Of a DNA stretch of 64,000 nt, positions 12,053 to 25,390 are shown in pieces; position 1 is the stretch's first letter, and each line of letters begins with the position of its first letter. A program made the position numbers and the translations under genes. The notes below the pieces were generated by a model. That model was not told the origin of the DNA and made no database searches. It was given only the letters and a program-made list of their open reading frames with translations. Where the stretch lies: the NCBI GenBank assembly GCA_964304625.1, contig OZ199838.1, positions 9,451,245 to 9,515,244 of the forward strand. The letters are read 5' to 3'. The stretch is from Kudoa neothunni (lineage: Eukaryota; Animalia; Cnidaria).

Positions 12053-14306
12053 CTATTTTGGCGATACGCAATCGTTGGTAAATAGAATGGTGTCTTCATT
12101 TTCAATACTGTTATAAGCAAGATCATGATCATAATATAGGACTTTATTGATTTGTTGGGTCTAAATATTAAGTTAAAAACGGCAGCTATAAAGCACTAAC
12201 TTTAGATGATATAAAACAGATTTGATTGCAAAAAATTTCGGTTTTTAACACTTTTTCCGCCAAAGTTTTCAAATACCTAACTTTTATATCTTCTACAAAC
12301 AATGAAATATATCAAAAAAGAATCAATCACATCGAACTTTTACTTGGAACGTGGATTTTGGATTCATGTGATCCATACAATAGATGCAAGCTATACAAAT
12401 GATTTCGAAGGGTGGTATTCTGTTGAACTTTATTATCTGGCTTTATTTGATATTCTATCATTATACATTAAATGTAATAAATGCTTATTTAGTTAGCTAT
12501 ATGAATGTCACTTTTGGAGAGAGTTTCAAAGTGTTTTTTGCTGCTGTCAAAACAACAGGAGCCATCCAATTGGTAGGTTTCCATACGATTTTTAATGAAC
12601 CAAATCTCGGCGTTTCTACGCTCTTTTAAGTCGATCTATTCATTTATTAAAAAATTCTATCACCAATCGGCATTAAAAATACAGTAGATAGATTTAATTT
12701 TTGAAGTTTAGGGAAAAATGCGATGATTTCACACCACATTTTATCAAAATTATCATCATTCCCGCCTAAACATTGAAATTGAGTGAAATCGCTAACAGGC
12801 AAACCAACTTCTATAAAGTAGAGGATTCCCATTCAAACGAAGATCTGCCAACGATTTTAACTCGGAAAGTTGAATGATATCCTGGAGCTAATTTAATATT
12901 GAATTGTGTTGAACTAAAATACAATAAATAATAGTTACTGTGTTGAAAACATTTTCACACAAATTGAGACATTCAAGAGAAGGGAAATATTGATTCATCG
13001 AGTTTTCATCGTTACAATCTATCAGTTTCGTTAACAATATTTTGTAGATTATACTTTACTGGAAATTTGGATGGCTTTAATTCGATTTTCTCGTAGTATT
13101 AAGGTTTTCAAGCTAGAATAAGTCCTGAAAAATAAAAAATATCACGTTTACTTTGGTATCGCTGCCAACGGCTCAACTAATTCCCAATCGTCAAGTTTAT
13201 TACCACTCAAATCAAGAAAAATCAGATTTTTGTACAGGCTGATATTGGAAATTCTGAAAATGAATAAAATTTGGACATCACACATAAAACCTACTTTACA
13301 CAAGCGATTTCACAATGACCCAAAATCAACTCTTCCACAGCAGTGAAACATTGCATTAATTTTTCAACCTTTAAGATATGATGACTTATTTTAAAATATA
13401 AACAAAAATATACATCATTCCAATCTATATTTATCATTTCACATAAAATCAAACACCTCACCGTGTGGTTTTTATGCTTGGTAGAATTCAGTGTGTTGAA
13501 ATTTAGAAAGTTTTTACTATTTTAAACGTCATTCAAACACTGTAATAACACACAATATATCACCTTAGATTTAAGTGGTTAAGCTTTTGACATCCTTCGA
13601 TAATGGCAAAAACATCGTCGAAATTAGTCAAAAGATTGTAACCTAGGTTTAGTTGTTCTAATTGGGGCAACGAATTCGCTAGCGCTAACGGTCTGTTTGA
13701 AGAACAGCTATTAATACCAAGTGCATCCACATTGATAAAATTTTTCGAGGAAATATTCCTAAACGAAATGAGGAATGATTGGTGCAATCTCATTTATGTA
13801 GGGAGAGTACAGATAATCATCGATTTTTTCTTCAATTCCAACCATTTCTACTTGCACATATCGTCGAGCAACTCCAGCGGGATTGAAAATATTCATATCA
13901 GTTGTTTGATTGTTAACTTTAGAGTAGCGATGAATAAGAGCTTCTTCGACTGTGATTCCAAACGTGACTTTTTCTGGTTTGATAAATGACCCACAACCAG
14001 GATTGCATTCGAAATAAACTTTTCCATTGTAATTGCCATTGTGTTTTCCTCTTCTTTTGTTATCCCATTCAACACCCAAATATGTGCCTAATTAAGATTT
14101 AAAAATATTTGTAATAATCTAATTATTATTTCATATTTCGAAAATAGTTTAATGTGGTAAAAATCTCGATAGGTATCATAAAGCAAAATTAATCTCACGC
14201 TATTATTACTTTCCATTCCATCAACTTTCCCCACAAATTTAACAAGACCTCTACATCCATCGTAGAAGCAATATTTATCGAGATAATCGCTATACTGATT
14301 TTCCAT
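12053..14306 (-). CDS. TBCE: Tubulin-specific chaperone E (CAP-Gly + LRR + C-terminal ubiquitin-like), multi-exon
   Basis: RGLVKFVGKV..|GTYLGVEWDNKRRGKHNG..YFEC..GSFIKPEKV (CAP-Gly); VEMVG motif; LRRs LEQLNLGYNLL and FPKLQKLN; ERRNAEIWF; final exons LRNHLYSLHL..|..AYNSIENEDTILF..PK* with TAG at 12053-12055. Confidence 0.93.
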
Positions 14307-17300
14307 TAGTACAGAATCCACGCTTGCGCTCACGCGGCCACATTAAATTTTTGTTTTTTATTACAAAATTTTGATTAATTCGCGCATAAATTCTAATTTA
14401 ACTTCAATATTTCGTAGGTTACCACAGTTCTTTGAAAAAGTTGGCGGTATAACAAGAGTGTGTGTATATGCGCATGCGGTTTTCTTTGACATGGGTTAAA
14501 GTTTTATGTTCTATTTAAAATTATTTCAGCTAAACTTGTATTATAAAATTATCTTATAAGGATAAGAAAATAATTAAGGGTAATTCAAACGGTAAAATAC
14601 GTTCAACACCGGAGTAATATTAAATCAAGCCTTAAAAGGTAACCGTGGCCTCCACGAGCCGCCTTTCTATTATTTGTTTATAAATTTTTTGGTTAAACTG
14701 GTTATATTCTGTGTAATTTCACCAGAATTTCATATACTTTTAAAAAAATATTACCGATTGACTGATGTAATGAAATTAGTTAAATTAGTAATGAAAATAC
14801 ACACCATATAACAATTATTACAACAAAATAATGAAGAGATGGACGCGCAGAGCTCAACGTTAGCTTTAAGGATTAACTAATAAAATGTGAGATTTACTTG
14901 ATACGAAAACAACGTTATGATGTCTGATTTCCGGTATCTCCGGCGGATTAAGAACATATAATTAATGCTATTTTTTAACATAAATTTGAGAAATTAATTA
15001 TTTAGATAATCATAAAATTAATAGTTTAGATCTTAAGAGATATTATACTTAAATAGTATCATTGTTATCTCGATCTTGAGGAAATCATTACTTGAAGAAA
15101 ACCTGTTTAATCAACAATATTAATCAAGAGGAACGGACGAATAAAAGTTGGATTGTATAAGTCGTGAGTGAGTAGTTTTTATGCAATAGTCATTAATCTT
15201 CGTTTGGATTCAACTGAACAACCCTATAATAAATGGATTATAAAATAAATTTATTCTCCGAAAATTTTATGTCTTTTTTACTATTTCAATTAGAAATATG
15301 TTCTAAGTGGGGGATTTACTCGTATTATATCTATATCAAACGGAGGAGATATAAGATATAATCAACGTTGTTTTTGTGTACGTGCTTGCTTGTGGATAGT
15401 TATATTGGTAAGTATAAAAGAATCAATGCTGGGGTTTCTGTAATTGAATCTAAACTAGTTTTCCATTTGATTTAATTTTTGAATATTTTAAATTAAATGA
15501 ATGTACTATTTTATGCATATTTACCTAAAGTGATAAATAAATTTATTTATTAGAGATAGAAGTGGTTATAAACGTCGTATTCTTCGTCTGCTTTCTGATT
15601 TAAATTTTAAAAGGCTTATTTAACATAGTAGAAATAAATATAAACATAAAATAATTAAATTTATTGTTATTTAGTAATTTATAAATTTTAAGTTGGTAGC
15701 CGAAATATTTATATAACAATCACTGAATATATTATTATAAAAATTAGTTTGTTTCCTAAATTCAAACATCTAATGGAAAAATTCAAAAAATTTTGTGGTA
15801 TGTTGGCATAATATACATGTTAGGGTTTTTTTGTCGTACTGAAGAATTTTTGTCACAAACAGCTTTTGAGTAACCGTTATCCAAAGAAAAAATTATGAAT
15901 CTTTTTTATAAATTCTGGTTGATATTACCTATAATTAGTCTTTCTATATAGTATATAATTTTATACTGAAACTTTTGAAGTGTAGAATCCTTAACAAGAA
16001 TAGCTGATTTATCAGGCGCACAGAATTTAGCATTAGAGCAAAAAAATATAACTGATTAATGTAAACTCATCTTAATTTATCATTTTTATAAACAGTTTAA
16101 TTTCTGTAGAGATCCACTCTATTTATTTATTATTATCTTATTTTTGCATTTCGTGAAAAAATATTTAGGTGTTGGTTTGAGTAAACTTACTTTCGTTATG
16201 ACCCAGTTTATTAACAAGTTTCTCGGATAGAGAAATTCTTATTATTTCAGACTATAAAATACTGTTGCCTTTAAAAATAAAAGATATTTTTTCAAAGTCA
16301 ATTAGCCATGAAGATCATGTCAGTAACAATGGAAATTAAATCTAAGAACAGTTTCATAGTTTTTTACCTCCATTGATAAGATCGATTTGCACGTCTTTTC
16401 AGCCTATGAATTTTCTGATTAACATTATACCTAAACGTTTAATTCATCTGACGCAAAAATACAATTTCAGTTTATTACTGCTCTCAGTTTTAAAAGATAA
16501 CGAATTATGTCTTATTCTTAGGATCTAGCATTAGGATTATTCGATGAGTAGAAGATGCATAATTCAAGGCCTGTTGATCATTGTGAAAACTCCAAAATGA
16601 TATATACCGCGTGGAATTAGACAAATAGAAAGGCGTAAATATATTATCAAGGTTAACAATGAGAACCTTTTAGTATTTTATTTGTACCTTCTCCTCAGAG
16701 TTTATTGTTTTTTACTCTGAGAACTAAAATAAACCTTTATTTAATAAAATTACTTACTTTGTTGTCTCCTCTTAACTAATAAATATTTCAAATAATAAAA
16801 CTTTGATAGATTTTATTTTAATAAGCTTCCTAATTTTGAAAAATGGAACTTATTGAGTAGGGGGCAATGCGCTGTAGTATCTTAAATTAGTCTGACAGCG
16901 AATTAACTCGACCTTAATAAAATTTACCGTAAGTAAATTTAATCTTATAATTCGAATTAAATCGCCGAGCGCCCAAGAAATAGACTCCGAAACCTTCAAA
17001 GCTAACGGCTAACGCGAAAAATTGACCAACGACGACAGAAACTGGATTCCTTGTTGAATAAGGCTTACTTTGGACATTGTAGGCGGTAAGATAACTAATG
17101 ATTATTTTATATGACTTACCTATGAGATAGGCTTGTGGAGACGCTTTAATGTAAAACGAACAAAGATCAAAGGTTTTGATTAAAAAGCACAGTAATAATA
17201 AGATATCATTATTTTGTGTTATGTTAAGGTTTTACAATTAGTATATAGTCTTAAAATATAAATATTTTAAAAACAGGATCAAATTTTTAAATGGAATAAG

Positions 17301-17378
17301 TATGGTTACTTCAGAAAAAGCCATAAAATAATTATTTTAAACAAACACTATGATTAAATATTTAATCGATGCCAAATA

Positions 17379-17996
17379 CGCTCCAACCTCGATTATCTGG
17401 AAAATTTGGGAAGAGCTATTTTCTTTCCGGATAGCGAGGTTACGGTTAATCGAACATAATCAATGTCATATGCGTGCAAATTTTCTACTTAAATGATTTT
17501 TTACTTGATTAATAGACAATTTTTACCAATAATTAAGTAGAATAGTTTAACTTCTTCGATTTGAATTAAAAATATTGGCATATCTATTAGTTAAGAATAT
17601 GGGGACTTAAAAGGAAAACAGTACATCATTATGTAGGAAAAACACGTCTACAAAGGAGTAATCCATTTTTTTTAAATAATCAGTTATTAATTTTAGTTTA
17701 ATATACATACATGCATATGGTCAGATATAATACAACTTAATAAAAGAACTGAATGTCTAATTTAAGTTTTAAAGAAAAATTTATGAATAATTTACTTAGA
17801 AATATTTTTGTTTTAAATATTGCATTGGCATATACGCTACATTGTATATTTCGAACGGTGGCGGGTGGTGCTTTTATCCGGAATTATGATTAAATAGTTG
17901 TCCCGGTTTCTGCATAATCGAGCATTTGTTCACACCTAATTTCAATAATATCCAAATAAAATTTAAAATATCTTCCGGATAATCGAGGTTCGGCTG
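17379..17996. mobile_element. pogo/Tigger-type MITE (uninterrupted copy)
   Basis: TA|CGCTCCAACCTCGATTATCTGG ... CCGGATAATCGAGGTTCGGCTG|TA. Homologous to 49650-49687 + 52261-52819. Confidence 0.8.
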
Positions 17997-18004
17997 TATT
18001 TAAT

Positions 18005-18248
18005 TGGGTCGAAGCTACCGGTCGGGTAAATTATAATCCTAACCCTAACCAGCATGTTCGCATTAGTCATATTTTTTTAAATCCCCCCAACTGTTACTCA
18101 CAAACTGTATATGAGATTTAATTTGTTAGAATTGTTACATTTAATTATTTATGTCCCGCTGCTTCGCTAATAGGGGCCAGAAATAATTTTAATGTGGTCA
18201 AAACTAGTGACAGCTCCATATCATTTACCGTACCAATAACCGCTTTCA
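18005..18248. mobile_element. MULE-type MITE, about 245 bp
   Basis: Right end TTTACCGTACCAATAACCGCTTTC matches the family TIR seen at 11323 and 22111. Body resembles 22111-22354 (reverse strand) and 1885-2122. Left end decayed. Confidence 0.6.
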
Positions 18249-18395
18249 TTTGATTGTCTGGCACCTAATACAATTGATAACACGTCCTCTTTAGTATAAT
18301 GTCACTTCCATCGCAAATGTACGCTCAAAACAAATGAATCTTTAATCGAGCAATTTTTTATGCCATTTAATTAGCACTATTATAAAATAATAATA

Positions 18396-18495
18396 CAGTA
18401 CAACCTCGGACTTCGACCATAATCCGTTCTAGAAATGTGTTCGAACTCGAAAGTGTTTGACTCAAAATTTTTGGTCGAATTCCAAGGTTGCACTG
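18396..18495. mobile_element. 100-bp Tc1/pogo-type MITE downstream of cyclin B
   Basis: TA|CAGTACAACCTCGGACTTCGACC ... GGTCGAATTCCAAGGTTGCACTG|TA. Same termini as 58149-59620. Confidence 0.85.
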
Positions 18496-18813
18496 TAGTT
18501 ACAATTAAAAAACCCAAACTTTTGCGATACTTGCATTTTAAAAACAGCGTAAAACAATGGCGCCAAAAACAAACACACAATCAAATTGTAACCACGATAC
18601 AAAATAAGTAGATTACTAAAGAAAAAGAATTCACTGTTATGGCATACACCCACAGAGATAACACTGAAGGAAAGGGTTCTACTCTAACAAATGTAGTAAA
18701 TGAATGTAGTAATTGTTGTTGTACGCAGACGAAAGATGGCATCAACAAGAAGTATTTTGGGTAGACAAAGCAAATGGAAAAGAACAACTAACTAGCCGTG
18801 AATACAACTTTCA

Positions 18814-20161
18814 CTAGGAGAGTATTAGCTGTTGAAAGAGTGTTGATTGAAAAGCTTTATGATCACTAATACAGTCGTATTGTTTATCGGCATATTTTTT
18901 ACGTATACTCTAAAAACCATAATAAAAATAAGCACAGCCACTTTCTAAAAGTCACCTTTAAATTCGATTTTTCGTTATGATGGACAAGGATGGCCATACG
19001 CTTGACATATTTCAATAGATATCGATCAGTATAAGTAGAATAGTGACATACACATTCGTTCTAAAGTGATTCACTTATGAATGGGTGTTACATGTGACAA
19101 ATCTCACCCAGCTACAATCGTTCAATAGCTTGCTGGCAAGATTTAATGCTGCAGCAGCAAGAACCGAAGGTGGAACAGCAGACATTGACGAATTCAAAAG
19201 TGATATCTCGAGAAAATATTTTGCCATCTTATGTGTTCTGGATGTAGCCTAAAATCGAAAGTGTGTAGTGAATAAATATTCGCACCACAACAGCCAATCG
19301 CTATACTTCAATACTCTTGGAAAATCGCCTCAAATACTGCAATGGTATTGGTATACCAACTGAAAAATCAAAAGTGGTCAACAAAGTTATTTCCATTTCT
19401 ATAATCTGTTCCGCAGTATACGCTTTATTGGTGATATACACAAAATCAGCTATTTCAGGAAAAAACATCTCCTCATATTTAGCTGCAATAAGCATAGAGG
19501 TGACAGCCAATAGCTGCAACTCATTTCGGCGTATCACCACTCTCGATAGATACAGATCCATAATGCGTACAGTGAGTTGGAGGGTTTCAGGTAGCATACG
19601 AAATCTATTCTGTACCTGTACCAACCAGTCCACCACTATGCTACGCATTTTTTCGGTAATATCATTCTGTATTGACATAAAATTGGGTTTGATGTAATAG
19701 GCTTTTTCCAACGAGAACAAATATCTATACACCTCGTTCACATAATCAGAATATTGAGTAAAGTCATCAGTATCATATTGATCAATATTGAATTGTTTTG
19801 AGTTGAAATCTGGTGGTACATAGTGTTGGATGGTTTTCTTGTGATATTGTCTTTTAGATTTGGTGTTGGTAACATGGGCAGTATTTCGATGTGGAACAAT
19901 AGAATGTGATCTGTTTGTATTGAGATCGTGAAGGATATTGCGTTGTTGATAGGGATTTAGCTTGGCATTGTTACCGATTTTACTACCACTCGTCAACGTT
20001 ATGGTGTTACTGTTATTGGTAGTTTTAACGTTGTTGGTTGTGGTGATAGTGCCCCCAGTTACAACACCAATGCTGCCATTAGGGTTGTTACAGTTGGTAG
20101 CGGTCAACCCAGTTTTAAGATTCTCTACAAAATTATTTTCTCGTTGTTGTTGATAGAACAT
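18814..20161 (-). CDS. CCNB: G2/M cyclin B, 4 exons
   Basis: D-box RNILHDLNTN; cyclin box MRSIVVDWLVQV..LPETL..LQLLAVTSMLIAAKYEEMFFP; YLRRFSK|..HKMAKYFLE..PPSVLAAAAL..W|..HYSTY..|SIRKKYA..; TAG at 18814-18816. Confidence 0.95.
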
Positions 20162-22110
20162 TTTGGAGGAGATATTTTCATTGTGACTTTTAAATAAATT
20201 TGACTAAACACATCCACACTCATTATAACACAACCCATACGTAACACTCCAAAAACACATTATCTATCAATCTTATCACTCACAATCTAACCTATGATAC
20301 CAACAACAATACCATAAGATATGTGTGTGATTGAATGATGTGTAATGTGGAGTGTGTTAAAATATAACGCCAAATTTACCATCAATTAACAACTTTATAT
20401 CAATGGAAAATGTGTAGTGGTAATAAAACTATAAAAATCTGCCTTCCAAATGAATCCGACGGCCACCAATTTTTCAAATCAAGCGCTCAAATTGAAGGCG
20501 GTCTATTTAATAAAAAGGATTGCGCATATTATCCTGCTAAACACTAAGCTATTGCTATATTACAGTTGTTCCAATGAAATTCATAAACTTTTAATTACAT
20601 ACGATAACAAACTATTATTCACTTTTGTTCTATCATAGATATAATAAGATTAATGGCAATTAAAGTTTATTTTGCCTACTTAAATCGAGATTTTTTTTAG
20701 ATGTACGTATTAAATCGAACCCATCCCTTCTATGCCTGTTCAAATTCTATAGGAAACATATTTTTCTTGATCGTATCCAACATTTGTGTATTCATGCTAA
20801 TCGCTCTTTCTAATTTGCTTTAACAATTCAGTCGGTTCGATACTAATCGGATTATTTACACGCTTATGATTATGGCGCCATTCATTTATTCTAATTTCAA
20901 ATAAGTGGAAAGGTTGTGTGTTATCGAATTTTCGTTTTATCACTAATTTCTGAATGTAAAACGGTGTAAATATGGCGATAATTTCGACTTTTCTACAGGT
21001 ACATTTCTACCTGAGATCCATAAAGCGATTAATTCCTTTGTCATCGTGCGAACGTCGTATATCGTTAATCCGGTCAACTAATTGGTTTTAACCCGTAGTA
21101 ACAACAATCAGGTTACATTGATCTATCCGTAGATGATCAAAGCGGCCCGTTAATGTTCATTAAACCTTTCATTATCTCCTATGATCTTTCGCTACTCCTA
21201 CAGCTGTGCGTGACTTTAGTTGGCAGTTATGGCGCTGCCAACCAACTTCAATACCATTTATTCATTCATCTATTCCACTGTGAATAGTCCGAACGTAGTT
21301 TATTTTGAAACATTATCATTGGGCTTATTTATTCCCCAAGTGGTAGCGATTATTTTAATACTTCAATTTGTTACGAATTTGGATTGAGCGACAGTTGTAA
21401 AGTTGCGGATGATGCGAGTAATGTTCCGTATTAGATTTTTGACGTTAATGCATGAGAATCAATGAAAGTTTTTATTTATGGAATAAAAAAAGTCCGTGTA
21501 TTTTAAATTATGGTTAGTATGGTTAATGCAGATATTTTAAGCAGGTATAAGACCATTCTCGATGAAATAACAATATTCTCTCGCACGTATTATTCATAGT
21601 ATGATTCTGTTTTAATTAATAATTTTGATATGAGTGTATTTTATTTTTATAATTATTCCAATAAAAACCTTATCTAAAAACTGAGCATTGTATGAAAATC
21701 GATGTGGCAATTTCACGTTAACATTGAACTATAATTATTCTTCTAAACAAGTGTTTCTCCATCTTTTTCTCTTGCAGTTCACATTTTGATATAAAAATTT
21801 CTTGACGCATCACACTATTTAAAACTTCTTACAACATTAACAAAAATTGTGTAATAATTAGAAATTTAATCTATATAATAAAAATAGCGCTTGATTATGT
21901 AGATTAATAGATATAAAATATGGAACGAAAATGGTAAAAATCTCTGATGTACGATTTCAAATCATCTTCAATATTATGATGGTTTTTTGTAATTTTTTAT
22001 CTTCCTCTTGTGGTAATTTGTAGTTGTTAGCATGTATTGAGGAGAACGGTAAAAATGCAGAATAATAGCCGCACGTGTATTTATAATAAATGAAAGTTAC
22101 AACTAATCAA

Positions 22111-22354
22111 GAAAGTGGTTATTGGCACGAATCATAATATCCAATTATGTGTAGTTTTGAATGCATTTAATTATTTTTGGTCCATGGTTGTAGTTTTTAA
22201 TGAGCAGGAATAATTAAATACGACTGATTCTAGAAAATAAATTTAATACATCAACTGTAAATAGTTAAATAGGAGTTAATGCGATTAACAAGGTATGTGA
22301 CGCCTGCGTGCGGGACATTAAGGATTAAAAATATCCATGCCAATAGCCACTGCC
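22111..22354. mobile_element. MULE-type MITE
   Basis: GAAAGTGGTTATTGGCACG ... CATGCCAATAGCCACTGCC termini; TSD degenerate. Confidence 0.7.
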
Positions 22355-23239
22355 CATAAATAAAGTTCGAACATTTTTGTAAATTCATGTTCGGTTTGAT
22401 GAATAATATTTTTTAATTGGTCGAAAAAATTATCAACCAACATTTGATCACATTATAACAATCCGAGGAACATATAACTTAATGTGAGTGTTTCATTTTT
22501 GCGAATTAATCCTCAGTTAATTTATAATATGTTTAAGCACAGGCTGCCACAATTTTGCATTTTTACTAAAATAGTAGTTACAACACCAAATAAATATAAT
22601 TTTTTATTTTGAAATAGAAATAGAATGAGTCAAAGATTTACTTTTAGAACTAAAATTACTAATAAATGATCTATCTATCTATCTATATATAGTATGGCCA
22701 AAACTCCAGCGTAATCTTTTACTTTCAAGAGAGTTCGAGAAATTAAATTTTCGGGATTTACCGATACCAAAAACGCGCCGTGCCTGCGCCGCGTGGGGTT
22801 TTAAGTTTGTGCGAATTTGACTATTAATCGTCTAAATCAGGGATTCTCAGTCGTTTTTTTTCAAATTTACCCCTTTAACTTAGAAGAAAAATTCATATTT
22901 ACTTTAAGGTTTTATATTGGTTTAGCTATGACAGGGGCTATTTGAGGGGTAAATTCTGATCCTAAAGGGAATGTACACCTGCATAATGATAATTATTAAT
23001 CCCGTCAACTCATACTTACAAACCGTCCATAGATTTAATTTTTTAGATTCCGCTAAATTAAATTATTTCTATCTCAATCCTTCGCTCTTAGTGATCAGAT
23101 AATTAAAAATAGTCAAAATTAATGATATCTAAATATTATATACCATACATATAGCCATTTTAAATATTATTATTAGGTTACATCATTAAAAGATAACTGG
23201 GTCATATAAGAAAGAGACAGATTAGAGTTTTATAAATAA

Positions 23240-24126
23240 AAAAATTTCGTTTAACCGATATTTCAGCAACTGCAATCCGAAACAACTTTTTTCTGGATTT
23301 TTCGGATAAAAATGCCGTGAAGTCTGAATTAGTGCCTGGTCGAAACAGCACCTACACTTATTTTTTTTTGATACACATGTTCGTTATTTATTCAATTCAA
23401 GTTTATGTTTCATTAATGGAAATAGCGTAACGTAGATAGTATAGTATTTTATGTTCAAGATGAACGAATAAATGTTGGATAAAGACAAACTTCCTTATAT
23501 CTTATCTTTTCAAGAGTAATAAAATGTAGACATGGAATTGACACAATTCAATAATGTTCACACATTAGTTTTTTCCCATAATACCTCCACTTTAAGTCTT
23601 AACAATCATTAATCAATATTAAATTATTGGAATATGACATATTTTAATTAATGAGGAAATTCTAAATATCGTTATGGAGAATTCTGGGAAAATACTCCTC
23701 ACTGTTACTTTATTATCCTTACCATCATTATTAGTACAACTCACAATATCCAAATAGGAAAGATATTAAAAAAAATTAATAATAATAGTCCATTTTTTAG
23801 AATCTAGAATGTATCATTCTAATATGGCGCAGCGGCGTTAAGGTCACACATATTGGCAGTATGCGTGCGCCGGTTAGATTGGGTTTAGAACTACTGTGCC
23901 TTAAACTAAAGTTTTCACATTGTATTCACTAGTATATCTCATATATAGAAGAGTTTTATTTACAAATATAAAAAGAACATTGAATAATAAAAAATAAAGT
24001 ATGTAACCAACCTACAATTATTCCTTGTCGCACAGGCGCATACATCGAACTTCGTTTAACCGAAATTTCAGTATCCGAAAGGAAAATGCCAGGTCCCAAC
24101 ATTTTTGGATAAACGATGTTCAGATG
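23240..24126. mobile_element. Tigger-type non-autonomous element, left end deleted
   Basis: Right end GGTCCC..GGATAAACGATGTTCAGATG|TA. 23247-24019 is almost identical to 43376-44208. Confidence 0.75.
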
Positions 24127-24207
24127 TAGTTGTTAAATATTTATTCGTAAAAACATTTTAAGTATTTCTCCAACTTCGTATTAGGTTTAATGGACCTGAA
24201 TAATATA

Positions 24208-25390
24208 TAGGGTTTCTCATTTATACTCGGTATTTTTGCAGTTAATCTCGGCACCTTTGCAATTTAAATTAAGCGTATTCGCGTTTAGTCTATAAATCTG
24301 TGTGAATGTGTAGAAATCATGAACCGGAGGAAAAAAGATGTATTATATTTATTCCAATAACCTCAATAAAATTATTATTCTAGAATAATTTCACCTCTAG
24401 AAGACCTGGTGACGTAACCCAACATCTTGCGATAGAAACCGTCACAATGTTGGGATGTGATTTCTTGGAAACACTCTTTTATCGCATTCTTCGACTCGTT
24501 TTCATTTTAACATTGCCTGCGGATAACTAGATTTTTCCAAACAGAGAATACATCCTCTATTAGATTCAGAAATGGACTGTACGGTGGTAAATATCTTATC
24601 GTGAATTTTTGTTGAAGGATTAATTCTTTTAGTCCCTTGTAATGATGCATTTTCGCATTGTCCATAAGGAAAACAGGATTATCAATACCACTTGATACAC
24701 AGCTGGATGTTAGTTCCTGTAGAAAAATTTTAAAATCTTTACCTGAAACCGCTTGCTCGTGTATCTTACTATATATGATACCTGTTTTGTTGATTGCAAC
24801 AACTACAGATATGTTTCTGCTTCTTGTTGCAGAAACAAAACAATATGCGGAAGTTCCTCTCAAAGAGCAACCTCTTTTAGGTCTTGTGACCACTGAAAAC
24901 CCGACTTCGTCGAGAAATACAGTACTTCCATGTGGTACGTTTGTTTCTAAGTCTCTGAACATCTCAGCGTATTCAATTCTCTTTTGAAGCGTCGTCTCAC
25001 AATTTCTTCTCTCGGGGACCCTTACAAAGGATTTTAAAGTGTAATGAAATTTGCCGATAACTCTGTCTATCGTGCTTAGGGACACTGTTATTCCAAACTC
25101 GTCATTAACTTTTTGTTTAAGTTCTTTCGACGTAATTTGAGAGTTTTCGTCCACCCACCTGATAACATTTTCCCTCTAATCAGGAGAGAGGAGTGAAGGT
25201 CTTTTCCCGCCTCCAGATTTTGCATCTAGTGAATTCAATCTCTTAATAATATAAAAATAATTTTACAAAAAATACTTTTTTAGCTAACGCGAGATATTAA
25301 AAAATTTGAATACTACTGTTGAGGTGCTGAGATCAATTGCAAACTGCCGATATTGAATGCAAAAGTGCCGAGTATAAATGAGAAACCCTA
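24208..25390 (-). mobile_element. IS630/Tc1-like DD34E DNA transposon with damaged transposase
   Basis: TIRs TAGGGTTTCTCATTTATACTCGG / CCGAGTATAAATGAGAAACCCTA with TA TSD. ORF 25154-24507 has FLDEVGF, MDNAKMHH and LPPYSPFLNLIE (34 residues between the second D and E). The frame continues past the TAA at 24507 (NENE..CDGFYRKML..). N-terminus truncated. Confidence 0.93.

Noticed and set aside
18036-18050. CCTAACCCTAACC telomere-like repeat
   Set aside because: Only two units, and part of a MITE interior.
19317-20153. Plus-strand ORFs 19317-19697 and 19962-20153, and similar ORFs at 7621, 13732, 24658, 54484 and 55765
   Set aside because: Antisense shadows of real coding exons.
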